A stretch of 64,000 bases of DNA from Trueperaceae bacterium (GCA_965215565.1 CBDCDZ010000004.1:1888001-1952000), one strand, 5' to 3'; positions 13,989 to 24,731 are shown, counted from the stretch's first letter. The notes: generated by a model from the sequence alone, not told the origin. Numbers and translations: made by a program.

Positions 13989-15125
13989 CTACGGGGACAA
14001 AAGATTGAGACAAAGCTCAAGACTAACTTTAGCGGGCATAGGACCGGCTAGGGTGGCTGAACGCAGGACCTCGAGCCCGCGCTTGAAGTAGCTTTTGGGT
14101 AGGTAACCGTGCTTTTTGGTTTTGAGAGGATAGTGCTTGTAATACCACTCACCTACAAGATGGGCCCAAGCGAAAGCGATAGCTAAGAGGGTTAGCAGCT
14201 TGTTGAAGCGCTCGGGTTGAAGCGTATGCGTACCTTCTAAGTTAAAGCCGCGCGACTTCAAGGCTGAGAAGAGCGTTTCTATCTGCCACCTTTGGGCATA
14301 ACGCGCTAAGGCTTTGTCGGCTTTGACGTTGCAGGCTAACACAAGCAACTCACGCTCGGAGGTGCGCGTCACAGCGAGACGAACACGTAACCCGAGCAGC
14401 CAGCAGCGTTTAGGACAGACATAGACTTCTCCCGATCGGAGGTCAGTGTAGCGCTGCTGCGCCGAACGGGTTGTACCCTTAGAGCCCATCAAGCTGTTGT
14501 TACGCACGCGCATGACGAAGGTGAGTTGGCGTGCCCTGAGTCCTCTGAACCAGTCCTCGCCAATGAACTCACGATCAGCCACTACGCTATCTATTTTTTC
14601 AACTGCTAGCACGCTCAGTAATCTGTCAATTAGCTCTAAGCGCTCCGGCGTGTCGCTATTGCCCTTTTTAGCCAGCAACGTCCACAGCACAGGAAAAGCT
14701 AACCCTTTGTACGCAACACCCAGCATCAAAATATTGACCTCACAGCAACCGAGTGACCAAGTTGTTCTGTCAAGCGTTATCACTAAGCCGGTTTTGACGG
14801 GGAGCAGCGCAAGCATCAACGTTGCGAGCGCTTCACCTTCGAGCTTTACCTCTCGAAAGAAGCGCTTGATGCGTCTCTCGTTCGACTCAATGAGTACCAT
14901 AGGGTTTAGAGCGCTCGCTACCGTGCTCAAGCTCACGCCCCGCACTATAATAACTGCCATAATAAACCTCGCCATGAAATCCAGTCGCGCACCGTGTAAA
15001 GGCATAGCAACTTGGATTTCGTTCCTCAGTTCGTTACACTTGTACTTAAGTCAGTCCGTTGTCTTTGTTTGTGTTCACACCTCAATCATGGCACAGACTG
15101 GCTTCTCTCTCTTTTGTCCCGGTAG
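13989..15125 (-). mobile_element. IS4-family insertion sequence (transposase ORF 15005-13989)
   Basis: DDE motifs LDRTTW, VADREF and YAQRWQIETLFSALKSRGFNLE. TIRs CTACGGGGACAAAAGA (13989-14004) and TCTTTTGTCCCGGTAG (15110-15125) match 15/16. No target duplication is visible. Confidence 0.9.
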
Positions 15126-15255
15126 CTAGGGTCTGCTCAATGTTCGTGCTCTATGTACTTTGGCTACCGTTGCCTAGAGTTTGCTCGTACTGCTTAATAT
15201 TTGTCTACAACGTCCTGCAACCCAGCTTAAAGCAACCTTACTAGCACTGCGGTGA

Positions 15256-15639
15256 GTGGCGTGCACACCCCTCACCTACCTGAACGGGCCACAGGAAGAG
15301 AGGCAAGAGTCGACTGTGCTCGAGTACGGCGACACCGCTACTGGCGCAGTCACTACAGACTCCTACCGTTTTATGGGCACCTTCAACGAGACTATCCTTC
15401 TCAGCTTCAGCTACGACACCTCCGACAGCCGCTATAACGGCTCCTACCAGGTCGAGTTCTACCAGGTAGGTGAAGAGAAGCCCCTTGACACCACCAACAA
15501 CTACAGTACCTTCGCCGCGCTGCCCGAGCTGACCTTCACGCCGCAGGAGGACGGGGAGTACCTCATCCGAATCGTGGGGACAAGCACGCCGGGCATCAGT
15601 TTGGTGAGGTACAGCTTTGCGTTGGAAAGGCTGGAGTAG
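15256..15639 (+). CDS. Hypothetical beta-rich protein, probably a lipoprotein with damaged signal peptide
   Basis: Upstream in-frame LLALR*VACT resembles a broken lipobox. Host-like codon usage. Confidence 0.4.
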   Translation: MACTPLTYLNGPQEERQESTVLEYGDTATGAVTTDSYRFMGTFNETILLSFSYDTSDSRYNGSYQVEFYQVGEEKPLDTTNNYSTFAALPELTFTPQEDGEYLIRIVGTSTPGISLVRYSFALERLE

Positions 15640-15746
15640 GTGGGCGCTGTGAAGATATTCTTGACGGCAGCACATGGGAAGTCCGGCTGATGGCGCGAAA
15701 TTGAGGGAGTGGATAAGTCTGCCAAGAGTTCTATAAAACCCGACTC

Positions 15747-16532
15747 CATTTCATCATCTTCCTAGACGGCATCTCTAAAGGGAGCTACCGCGACATAGAC
15801 TACATCACCGACTTTCTCGGGGCAATGCAAGATGCATTGCCAGAGAGCCGCATTATCAGCGGCGTGCTACCCTACTCAGTCTTCAACTTAGCGCTGACCA
15901 GCCGCGACTACCCCTTCTCGCGCTTCTGGACCTGGGTCGAGCGGCGCAAAGACGCGGGCAATCCTTTTGGCTACCTCATCAATTTCCGCAACCTCTTACG
16001 GGTCATGGTCTCGGCGGATTGGCGCTACGGGCCGCTTTACCACGTCGGCATGACTAAGCTCATCTTGCGGCACCTGCTGCTGCGGGGCTACGAACCGCGC
16101 AATGAAATTGAGAAGGGTCAAACCACCTCCATTATTCTCATCGGCTGTAGCGGCGGTGGACAGGTTGCCGCAGGCGTTGCACCGCTCTTGGCGAAAACTC
16201 TAACAGTTCCCGTCAAGGTCGTCTCCATCGCCGGGGGGATGGCAGGCAACGCGGACTTTGGGAGCCTCGAGCGCTGGGTTCAAGTCGTGAGTAGTAGAGA
16301 CCCGGTGGAGAAACTTGGCGCAGTCGCCTTTCCGCTCCGCTGGCGCGTGGCGTGGTTTTCGCCTTGGGATAGAGCGAAGCGGCGGGGTGTGGTGGAGCTT
16401 GTGCACCTAAACGGAATGCGACACGACGGCAGCGGGAGTTATATGGATAAAGAGACCATCTCTACCGGGCGCTCGCACCTTGAGCGAACTGTCGAGGTCG
16501 TGGTACGGGTGGTGTCTGCTGAAAGGGGCTAA
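15747..16532 (+). pseudogene. Alpha/beta-hydrolase-like protein with damaged 5' end
   Basis: LIGCSGGGQV nucleophile-elbow motif. The frame extends upstream of ATG 15825 (HFIIFLDGIS) without a start codon. Confidence 0.5.
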
Positions 16533-16538
16533 AGCTAC

Positions 16539-16573
16539 CTCTTTCCAATATCTTTAAGAAGTTTCGCTACATT
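16539..16573 (+). promoter_or_regulatory. Tandem-repeat regulator site plus -10 (leaderless)
   Basis: CTCTTT (16539) and ATCTTT (16550), 12-nt gap, TACATT (16568), 6 nt, GTG. Confidence 0.6.
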
Positions 16574-16579
16574 GACCTT

Positions 16580-18109
16580 GTGATTGCCCCCAATATCCCT
16601 CGTCCCTCACAGCTCAAACTTGGTTCATACCCAAGAGCTGTTACCTCCCTCCTCTTCTTCACCCTCCTCAGCGCCTGTATGCCTATCCCCACCATCCGCT
16701 CAGAGCTAAATTTGGCACCGCCCGCCTACAGGGTCGCGCCCGACGCGGTTCAAACCGCGTACGTGAGCCTGCCCGGTTATGACGAGCCCAGCACGCCGGA
16801 CGAGTATGACCGCGCGTTCTACTCCCGATACTTCGCCGCAGACAGGGGCGCAAACCCCGACACGATCTTCGTGCTGATGCCGGGGCTCTTCGCCGGGGCG
16901 ACGAGCTTCGACCTCTACGCGCGGCAGCTCGTGGCGAGCCGTGAGGGGCTCGAGGTCTGGGTCACGGACCGGCGGGCGAACGCGCTAGAAGATAGAAGCG
17001 CCATGACTCAGAGCCTAGAACAGCGCGACCCGCAAGTCGCCTATGACTACTACGTAACGAACGCAGGTCGAGAAGAGGGCTTTAACCCGCTCACCCCCGA
17101 CGACCTGCGCTTCACCGCGTTTTGGGGTTTAGAGGTTCACCTGCGCGATTTGCATGAGGTTGTAAAGCGAGCGGAGGCTACAGCCGATACGGTCGTCTTA
17201 GGCGGACACTCCCTGGGCGGCAGCCTCGCCAACTTCTACAGCAGCTACGACTTTACGGCGAGTGACGCTATTGACTTCGGTTACACGCATATCGACGGTC
17301 TTCTACTCCTCGACGGCATCTTAGGCAAGACAGGCGGCTTCGGTTGGGAAGAGGAAGGACTGACCATCCGCGACATCCAACTCATCGCGAGCAAGTCGGA
17401 CTTAGAGGCGGGGCGCGGCGACCCCTACATGGTCCAAGGCTTCGACCCGACCTCGGCGGCTCAGACGGAGGTCGTGGCGCTCTTAGCCCGCTTCGCGCCA
17501 GACGCGCTCTCGCCCGGCGGCTTCGTGGACTACCCCGCGACGAACCGTGCCGTTGCCGGTATTTTAGATGACGACCAGTACGGCTTCTCGAGCGTCTTCA
17601 GCGCTTCATTAGGCGAGGTCACAGACGCGACCTTCGCAGGCAACCTCTTCGCGGTGCTCCTCGACGGGAGTCAGGGGATGCGCAGCAGTACGGTCACGGG
17701 TGTGGTGGAGGGCTCGAGCTTTGTAGATTGGACGCGCGGCGACCCTGAGCGCGAGGTCACCGACTTAAACGCCTATGTCCGCAGTAAGTCGAGCGCAGAC
17801 ACCAACAGCAGCGAGTGGTACTTCCCGCTTCGCTTGGGGCTCGATATAATTCAACTCGACGTGACATTAGACGATACTCCTAACTTCGTCCCGACGAACG
17901 ACGTGCCGACGCCGACGCTCGCGGTTGGGGCGGGTCGCGGGCTCGTCAGGTCGTTTGAAGACTTTTCAGCCTACGGCGCGGCAAGGGGGATTGGGGCGCG
18001 GTTTTCCGCCTACATCATTGACGGCTTTACCCATTCCGACATCATCGCGGCGGAGCAGAACCCGGTGGTGCCTCTGACTTTGCAGTGGTTGGAGCAGGTG
18101 GGGCGGTAA
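16580..18109 (+). CDS. Lipoprotein alpha/beta hydrolase (esterase/lipase-like)
   Basis: Lipobox LSAC, GHSLGG, DRRAN and C-terminal HSD. Confidence 0.75.
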   Translation: MIAPNIPRPSQLKLGSYPRAVTSLLFFTLLSACMPIPTIRSELNLAPPAYRVAPDAVQTAYVSLPGYDEPSTPDEYDRAFYSRYFAADRGANPDTIFVLMPGLFAGATSFDLYARQLVASREGLEVWVTDRRANALEDRSAMTQSLEQRDPQVAYDYYVTNAGREEGFNPLTPDDLRFTAFWGLEVHLRDLHEVVKRAEATADTVVLGGHSLGGSLANFYSSYDFTASDAIDFGYTHIDGLLLLDGILGKTGGFGWEEEGLTIRDIQLIASKSDLEAGRGDPYMVQGFDPTSAAQTEVVALLARFAPDALSPGGFVDYPATNRAVAGILDDDQYGFSSVFSASLGEVTDATFAGNLFAVLLDGSQGMRSSTVTGVVEGSSFVDWTRGDPEREVTDLNAYVRSKSSADTNSSEWYFPLRLGLDIIQLDVTLDDTPNFVPTNDVPTPTLAVGAGRGLVRSFEDFSAYGAARGIGARFSAYIIDGFTHSDIIAAEQNPVVPLTLQWLEQVGR

Positions 18110-18116
18110 GCTGAGC

Positions 18117-18151
18117 TTCTTCGCGAAATCTTATAAGCTAGCTCCTAAAAT
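18117..18151 (+). promoter_or_regulatory. Tandem-repeat regulator site plus -10
   Basis: TTCTTC (18117) and ATCTTA (18128), 12-nt gap, TAAAAT (18146). Confidence 0.65.
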
Positions 18152-18181
18152 AACTCAACTTCTTGAAGGGAGAGGGTCGAG

Positions 18182-19351
18182 TTGAAGAAAGCTCTTATTC
18201 TTTTTGCTACCATCACTGCCGGTGGCTCTCACGTATCTTCGGCAGAGGCGATGGCGCAAGCTGTCGAGGCAACCTATCCGGGTCGGTATAAGCTCGAGAT
18301 ATCGGACCTTATGAAAGACTTCGGCTTCGAGCGTTTTGACGCTCAGCATAAACGCTCTTGGCAAAACGCCCTAAAGCGTCCCTGGACGATCACGTGGGGG
18401 CAGCGGCTCATTGACAGTATGCCGAGCGTAACTGTGACGGCGCACCGCCTGATGTTACGTACGTTCGCCAAGCGAGCCGCAGCGCTCCTTCAGGAGCGGC
18501 AACCTAAGCTCATCGTTGCCAATCACGGATGGCTCACGACGGCGCTGACGCTGAGCCAACGCAGCTTCGGGCTCGATATACCTGTGCTGACCTTCCAGAC
18601 CTCTACCTTAGACGCAACTGCGCTCTGGGCTGAGCCCAGAGCGGAACGCTTCGTCTTAGGTTCGCCTGTGGCTAAAGAGATTCTGGTGCGCTTAGGGGTG
18701 AGCCGTCACAAAATTGATGTTGTGGGTTATCCAGTCAAGCAAGCTTTTCTCCACGCACAAGCGCGCGCTTGTGCCAGAAGAAAGCTCGGCTTGAAAGACC
18801 AGTTTACCTGCCTCATCTCCCTAGGCGGTGAGGGGATAGGCGGACGACCTCACGAGATCGCGCGGTCTTTGAGGCAGCTCGGCTTTCCCGTGCAAATCGT
18901 GGTCATCGCTGGGCGCAACGCCGTCCTAAAACGCGAGCTTGACGCCCTTGCGACGCGCGACCCGCTACTAAGCGTAGAGGGTTTCGTCGACAATATGGCG
19001 GATTTTGTTGCGGCGAGCGACCTCGTCATCGGTAAAACAGGTCCGGCGGCTGTTTTTGAGAGCTTAGCCGTAGGCCGCCCTGTTTTAGCTCCTAGTCGCT
19101 CGGGCGGTATTGAAAACGAGATGATTCGCTTTTTAGAGAAGTATCAGCTTGGTGCTTATGTGCCGACCTCCGAAAGCTTGGGACAAGCCGTGAGTGGCTA
19201 CTACAATCACCCTGAGCGCCTCGAGAGCGTCGAGCAGCGCTCGAGCCTGTTCGACTTTCCCGGCATGACCGAGCGCATGGCGCACTACATCGTGCATTAC
19301 GCCGAAACACGCCGCCCGGACCTCTCGCGCTTGGGTGATGGGATAAGCTAG
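18182..19351 (+). CDS. GT28 MGDG synthase/UgtP-like glycosyltransferase
   Basis: GGSH N-terminal motif, GYPV, GGEGIG, AGRN, GFVDNM...SDLVIGKTGP and E...GRP. Confidence 0.85.
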   Translation: MKKALILFATITAGGSHVSSAEAMAQAVEATYPGRYKLEISDLMKDFGFERFDAQHKRSWQNALKRPWTITWGQRLIDSMPSVTVTAHRLMLRTFAKRAAALLQERQPKLIVANHGWLTTALTLSQRSFGLDIPVLTFQTSTLDATALWAEPRAERFVLGSPVAKEILVRLGVSRHKIDVVGYPVKQAFLHAQARACARRKLGLKDQFTCLISLGGEGIGGRPHEIARSLRQLGFPVQIVVIAGRNAVLKRELDALATRDPLLSVEGFVDNMADFVAASDLVIGKTGPAAVFESLAVGRPVLAPSRSGGIENEMIRFLEKYQLGAYVPTSESLGQAVSGYYNHPERLESVEQRSSLFDFPGMTERMAHYIVHYAETRRPDLSRLGDGIS

Positions 19352-19357
19352 CGCTAC

Positions 19358-20371
19358 GTGCGTAGATTCTGGCAAACCCTCCTTTTTTCACTTCTTCTAA
19401 GGCTTGGCAGCCTCTACCTCGCCCTGCCCGAGACCTTTGACCGAGCAACGCTCCGCACGCTCGCAGTTCTTGGGGTGCCTCAACTCAGCTTGCTCATTGG
19501 GGTACTCGCTTTACGCTGGCTCGTAAGCGGCTGACGCACCATGCTACTCGTGCGTTTTAGCGGCGCGCCCCTCTCTTTCTGACAAGGCGTTCGCGCCCAC
19601 TTAGTCGGCATCTTTGCCTCCGTAGTGACGCCGGCTGGGGGTGGCAACGCGCTGGGTCTCACCTGGCTTCTGACGCGCTACAACGTTCCCTTACAGAACG
19701 CGGTGATGACAAGCGTCCTCGTGACGGTGCTCGACATGGCCTTTTTCGCTTGGAGCGTTCCTGTCGCCTTTCTCTATTTAGTGCGCGCCGGAACGACGCT
19801 GCCTCTAGCGGGGCTCGGCTGGCTCATCATGCTCTTCGCGCTCACCATTCTGACGCTGAGCTTGCTGCTCACCTTCCGCCTACAACTCTTTATCGGCGGA
19901 GTTCGCTTTCTCTTCCGCTTGCCTGGGTTACGCCGCCACGCACAGAGAATAGACGGGTTTCTGGAAGATCTAGACACTGTGAGCCGCACCTTCATGCGCA
20001 CTCTCTGGTACGTTCACTTAGGTCTACACGCCTGCACCGCGCTCTTCTGGACCATCAACTTCGCCTTTCTGAACGCGGTGGCGACCGCCTTACAGCTCGG
20101 TGTGCCGCAACTCGAGCTGCTCAGTATCCGCACCCTCATTCACGCCTTTGCCTTCGCCATTCCCACTCCGGGGGCGAGCGGCTATATGGAGGGCGCGCTG
20201 TCGCTCGCCCTAGCTGGACGCGCGCTCCCGCAAACCGTGTCAACGACGGTGCTCGTGTGGCGCTCGCTGAGCTACTACCTCTATTTCTTGCTCGGCCCAC
20301 TTATCGGCGGGCGAGCGCTCACCAAGCGTGCTCCCGCCGATACGCTCAGCAAGTCTGGTCGATCGGAGTGA
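19358..20371 (+). pseudogene. Lysylphosphatidylglycerol synthase TM-like (UPF0104 flippase-like) protein with two nonsense codons
   Basis: GTG 19358 is in frame with TPAGGG, PTPGASGYME and WRSLSYY. In-frame TGA at 19532 and 19580. Confidence 0.75.
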
Positions 20372-21356
20372 AGCCTAAAAACCAGCCGACGCGCCGCCGG
20401 TTGGTCTCTGAGAAAAAGGTTGTCAAGGTGAGTCCGTCAAAACAGGGGTAGACGCGCTCTAAAACCTCTGCGGGGACATACCTGGGCGGCTGCTCGCTCA
20501 GCATCGTATTGGCCTCTTTAATCGCTCGGCGCACCTCGCCCGGTTGTCCCGCCGCTGCTAGATGAATTAACCCTGTGAGGTAACGCCCGAGGAGCATTTC
20601 GGTCCTGCGCCAACCTCGGTAGTAACGCCTGATCGTGACGAGGTCATTGCGCAGGGGCAAGTACGCCGCGCTCACCTTGACCCTCGCGCCCCTCGCGTCC
20701 CACAGGTGATAGATGGGCGCGTCCGACAGATAGTCCGCTTCCCAACCTCGAGCTAGATACTCAATGACCGTAGGCGGCTCGGTCTCGTACATAAAGTAAC
20801 CTTTCGGACTCGGCGGAACCTGCAGGGCCGCCTCTCGGCGAAAGGCGACCGCGCCGGCGTGAAAGCCGCGCGTCGGCGCGTAGCGCTGACCCTTGCGGAG
20901 CGCGGGAAAGTAAGGTGTATAGCTGAGCCGCCCTGATTTGGGCTCGACAAAAGGCAACGCGATAAGACCAAGCGCGGCCCCGCGCTCCTCGAAGTGCTCA
21001 ATCACACGCTGAACCGCACCCTCGGCGGGATAGGCGTCGTCATCGAGCTGAAAAACGAACTCGCCACGCGCCATGCGGATAGCTTCAGGTAGGGCCTCAA
21101 ATCCTCTTGATACCTCACTGCGAAGCACGCGCACCTCGGGAAACTCGTTTCTAATCATCGAGGTCGTTCCGTCAGTTGAGGCGTCATCTACAACGATAAC
21201 CTCATGAGAGGGAAGCGCTAAGTCGCCAAGGGACCCGAGCAGCTTACGCATCATCGCTCGGCGGTTGTGTGTCGGAAAGATCAAGCTTACTTGAACGTCA
21301 TCTGCAGCGTCCAACTGTAACACTCCTTTATCGTGCTCACGTCGAGTAGTAGCCAC
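20346..21356 (-). CDS. GT2 family glycosyltransferase
   Basis: IFPTHNR, VIVVDDASTDGT and LDDD motifs. Confidence 0.88.
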   Translation of the reverse strand: MATTRREHDKGVLQLDAADDVQVSLIFPTHNRRAMMRKLLGSLGDLALPSHEVIVVDDASTDGTTSMIRNEFPEVRVLRSEVSRGFEALPEAIRMARGEFVFQLDDDAYPAEGAVQRVIEHFEERGAALGLIALPFVEPKSGRLSYTPYFPALRKGQRYAPTRGFHAGAVAFRREAALQVPPSPKGYFMYETEPPTVIEYLARGWEADYLSDAPIYHLWDARGARVKVSAAYLPLRNDLVTIRRYYRGWRRTEMLLGRYLTGLIHLAAAGQPGEVRRAIKEANTMLSEQPPRYVPAEVLERVYPCFDGLTLTTFFSETNRRRVGWFLGFTPIDQTC

Positions 21357-21431
21357 TCCAAATAGAGCAGACCTACGACGTAGTGTGATTTTTACTTACA
21401 GTAGCTAAGCTGTCAATTCGCCTGCCGACGG

Positions 21432-21465
21432 AAAAGTAAAATGACCGACCCACAAGGGGTCGGTT
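21432..21465 (-). terminator. Intrinsic terminator of the 22156 gene
   Basis: Stem 21443-21451/21457-21465 with an A run on the left (a U tract on the minus strand). Confidence 0.7.
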
Positions 21466-21505
21466 GGAGGGAAATCCTTACGTAGCTATTGCTAGCTGAA
21501 GAAGG

Positions 21506-22156
21506 CTAATTGCTGCTCATCGCCCGCAACGAGAGGCGAAAGAGCGAGAGCGTCTCGCCGTCATCTGTTGTGACGCGCACGTCGGACAAGGGACGGAAAC
21601 CTGGTGTGGTCGTTTCAAAGGTCGTCACATTACCTTCATAGGTCACGGTGAAGTAGTCGGCCTCGTTGACCCTCACCACTGGGTTGTCGCCCATGTTGGA
21701 GCCGTCGTTGAAGCGGTAGAAACCCGTCGCGATACCGTTGTCGGGTGTGCCTTCTGTGAAAACGGCAAGCTCAGTTTGACCGTCAATCGCCATCTGAATG
21801 CCCTGGACTACATCATTTAGCATCACCGCGTCGTCATCGCTCGCATTATCGATGCCATTAAGGTCCAAGACGGTGCTGGCCTGGCTCGAGCCAACACTCA
21901 CAATCTCAAAGGTCAAGCTGCCTTCACCGACATCCAAGGTGACGAACTCAGCGTCATCGACGGTATCGTCTTCGAAGGCACTCACTACTGATCCCGTCGA
22001 GAGAATCGTGGATTCAATCTCTTCGCCGCCGCTAAAGGGGTTGCTGTCATAGAAGGTCGCTTGCACGTCGAGGTTGGCGGGGTCGGTCTGAGCGCTAGCG
22101 ACGCCTCCGACAAGAACAGTTCCGGCTAAAACAAGGGTGGTGAGGATGTTTTTCAT
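21506..22156 (-). CDS. Secreted acidic hypothetical protein, paralog of 41335-41778
   Basis: Sec signal ending ASA-Q, with clear alignment to the 41 kb protein. Confidence 0.8.
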   Translation of the reverse strand: MKNILTTLVLAGTVLVGGVASAQTDPANLDVQATFYDSNPFSGGEEIESTILSTGSVVSAFEDDTVDDAEFVTLDVGEGSLTFEIVSVGSSQASTVLDLNGIDNASDDDAVMLNDVVQGIQMAIDGQTELAVFTEGTPDNGIATGFYRFNDGSNMGDNPVVRVNEADYFTVTYEGNVTTFETTTPGFRPLSDVRVTTDDGETLSLFRLSLRAMSSN

Positions 22157-22200
22157 AAGTTCCTTTCTCTTGCTGGATGGTGTGAGCCATCCCTAAAATG

Positions 22201-22257
22201 AGTATGCTTGCGGACTTGTAAGAATCATCTAAGGGACTTTGAAGAAATGTGTAAGAA
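22201..22257 (-). promoter_or_regulatory. Four 11-bp-spaced half-sites plus -10
   Basis: TTCTTA/TTCTTC/CCCTTA/TTCTTA at 22252, 22241, 22230 and 22219, 12-nt gap, CATACT at 22206-22201. Confidence 0.7.
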
Positions 22258-22417
22258 GGGGAAGATAAGGAGCGCGGTTTTCCGCACCCAAAACGACTGA
22301 CTGAGTCTGCGAAACGGCTTGTCCAAACCTTCATACGTTGTTGAAGCGATCTACAAAAATGACGTTCATCCTGGGTTTACAATGTCCAGCATCCAGTACA
22401 GCTTCTATACGTGGACA

Positions 22418-22534
22418 AATAAAGCAGTTCACAGAAGTACTGAATTGGAATAGCGCAAGTATCATTTAAGAATGTGCGTGTTCGCCCAAGTTCTCTAATG
22501 TGGGACTGGCTCAAATCAAATGATACTTGCTATA
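22418..22534 (+). repeat. Hairpin repeat family, copy 3 (117 bp with flank)
   Basis: About 10 mismatches in 117 bp versus 60029-60145. Stem GCAAGTATCATTT/AAATGATACTTGC. Confidence 0.9.
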
Positions 22535-22556
22535 GACTGACGCGCGGAAAGTGGGT

Positions 22557-23312
22557 ATGGCAACGCCGTGCGTTCTCCCTTAGCCTCTTTGTCCTTACGT
22601 TGATTTGGGGCGCGGCTCAACGCTCAGACCAGCCAACGAGCGTTGACGGGGCACAGCCCCACTTTCAAAGCGCCGTGACGACTGAGGACGCTGCACGCTC
22701 AAAGGTGTCGTAACGCCGCCATGCACGGCCGTGAGCCCCACAATACAAGGGGTCAACACACCGTTTAAGCAGCGCCGCTTCAAGCTGTCGCTCTCTGAAA
22801 ACGACGTTTTCTTCTCGGATAGAGGGTTGAGTCAGTACCTCGAGGTTCTCTACACCTCGCCGCTTAAAGATACGCTCACTCTTAATACCGCTCTAAAGTT
22901 CGAGATGGTGACGCCTGCACAAGCGCGTTACCTGTCGTCCGAAGGTGAATCGCTATGTTGTGTCTCGCCAGGTATCTACCACTACCCGCTCTATCTGGAG
23001 AGTCAGTGGGTGAGCGTTGCGCCGCTCACTGAGAGGCTCAACGTGCGGCTTGCAGGCCACTTGCGTGCCGGGGTTGACGCGCCCGAAGCGATTGGCGGAC
23101 CTTTACAAAACGCTTGGCACGACCTCATCGGGGTAGCTAATTTCGACGCAGTAGGCAAGGCGGCGTATTACGGTGGGCTAGGGGGGGGCGTTTTGCTCGA
23201 GGGCAGGTCGGGCGATTCAGGGATGAGACCTGCGCCCACCTGTCTCAACATTTCGTGGAACTGCTGGCAAAAACAGCTTGTACTCGGCCATGAGGTGGAG
23301 CGCAAAGAGTGA
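22557..23312 (+). pseudogene. Possible lipid A deacylase LpxR-like outer-membrane protein remnant
   Basis: SENDVFFSDRG and GPLQNAWHDLIG resemble the END..D.. and Q...H...G motifs of LpxR-family proteins. The signal peptide is in a different frame and the gene is truncated. Confidence 0.4.
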
Positions 23313-23374
23313 AGCTTCGCGGCGTCCCCGAAAGCGTGCAGGGGTTGGCGCTGCGCAGTACCGAAAACAAAAAA

Positions 23375-23417
23375 AACCGTAAGGGTGCGCAACGTAACGT
23401 TGCGCACCCTTACGGTT
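23375..23417. repeat. Perfect 43-bp palindrome (21-bp arms, 1-nt centre)
   Basis: AACCGTAAGGGTGCGCAACGT-A-ACGTTGCGCACCCTTACGGTT. Confidence 0.9.
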
Positions 23418-23446
23418 CGCCGCTTCTTGTAGCCTATGATAGTTTC

Positions 23447-24682
23447 ATGATGAAAACACAGCTTGGGGGCAAGAGGACGTCACCCATGAACCGGCTCAGC
23501 ACGCGCTTTTCCCTCACAATGATCGGTGTTTCGCTCGGCACATTGCTCGTTCTCATCGCGCTTCAGCAACTCATCGCGCAACCTCAGTTGGAGACGCTCG
23601 GACAAGACCTCGGCACCTCAGTTGAGGCTCTATTAGCAAGCCCGCTCCGCAGCGAAAGCACAGCGACAGCGGAACAACTTGCCACCTTACAGGCGCAGTT
23701 GGACGGGCTCGAGCAGGGTCTTCAAAACGCCTTTGCCGAAGGAGAACGCTACAACCAGGCGCAGCGGCGCTCGTTTTGGCTCTCCACAGGGCTCACGCTG
23801 CTGCTCACAGTAGGCTTCGGCTGGCTCGTCGGGCGGCGGCTCGCCCAGCCCATCATACGCATCGCGGACACGGCGAAAGAGGTCGCGGGCGGCAACCTGA
23901 GCGCCCGCGTCTCGCTAAGGAGCAACAACCAAGAGGTCAGCAATCTCGCCCGTACCTTTGACGCCATGACCGAGAGCTTGGAGCGCTTGGAAGAGGAGCG
24001 CAAAGCCACCTTGAACGACATCGCCCACGACCTCAGGACGCCCTTAACCTCCATGCAGTGGCGGCTCGAGGCGTTTGAAGACGGCGTCCGCCCGGTGACA
24101 CTAGAGAACGTGATGACCCTTCAGCACGCCGTTGACACGATGAGCCGCTTGGTGAAAGACCTGCGCACCGTAGCGCTCGCCGAAGGGGGCTACTTGCAGC
24201 TCAGCAAAGAGCCGGTGGATGTGACGGCGCTCGCTCGGACCCTCGTGGACGAGTTCGAGGATAAAGCACAGGGTCGGGGCGTCACGCTAGACCTTCACGT
24301 ACCTGATGCGCCCCTCTGCCTGAACGCCGATCCCGACAGGCTCTCGCAGATCATCTACAACCTCTTGGACAACGCGCTCAAGTACACGTCGCAGGGCGGA
24401 CGTGTGTCGCTTTTTGTGCTCGAGGCTCAGGGCGACGTGCAGCTCGTCGTCCGGGACTCAGGTAAGGGGTTAGGCGAAGAGGACATCAAGCGGGTCATGA
24501 ACCGCTTCTACCGCGTGGACGCCGCCAAAGAAGCGCCGAGCGAACTCGGCGCGAGCGGGCTGGGGCTGGCGATCGTCAACGCGCTCGCTACCTTGCACGG
24601 AGGGCGCGTCGAGATCGCTAACGCGCAAGAGGGTGGGGCGGAGTTTCGGGTGGCACTACCGAATATCGCTACAAGCGTCTAA
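23447..24682 (+). CDS. HAMP-domain sensor histidine kinase (BaeS-like) with no adjacent regulator
   Basis: Two TM helices, HAMP, IAHDLRTPL, NLLDNALKY, DSGKG and GLGLAI. TATGAT -10 lies 6 nt before ATG 23447; ATG 23487 is an alternative start. Confidence 0.9.
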   Translation: MMKTQLGGKRTSPMNRLSTRFSLTMIGVSLGTLLVLIALQQLIAQPQLETLGQDLGTSVEALLASPLRSESTATAEQLATLQAQLDGLEQGLQNAFAEGERYNQAQRRSFWLSTGLTLLLTVGFGWLVGRRLAQPIIRIADTAKEVAGGNLSARVSLRSNNQEVSNLARTFDAMTESLERLEEERKATLNDIAHDLRTPLTSMQWRLEAFEDGVRPVTLENVMTLQHAVDTMSRLVKDLRTVALAEGGYLQLSKEPVDVTALARTLVDEFEDKAQGRGVTLDLHVPDAPLCLNADPDRLSQIIYNLLDNALKYTSQGGRVSLFVLEAQGDVQLVVRDSGKGLGEEDIKRVMNRFYRVDAAKEAPSELGASGLGLAIVNALATLHGGRVEIANAQEGGAEFRVALPNIATSV

Positions 24683-24731
24683 GCAAAGCACCCATAGGGC
24701 GAGGTTGCTAGGATCAACCTACTCTCAATAT

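Noticed and set aside
7781..15125. CRISPR-associated transposon
   Set aside because: No cas genes or repeat-spacer array were seen. A long TnsD and the glmS site explain targeting.
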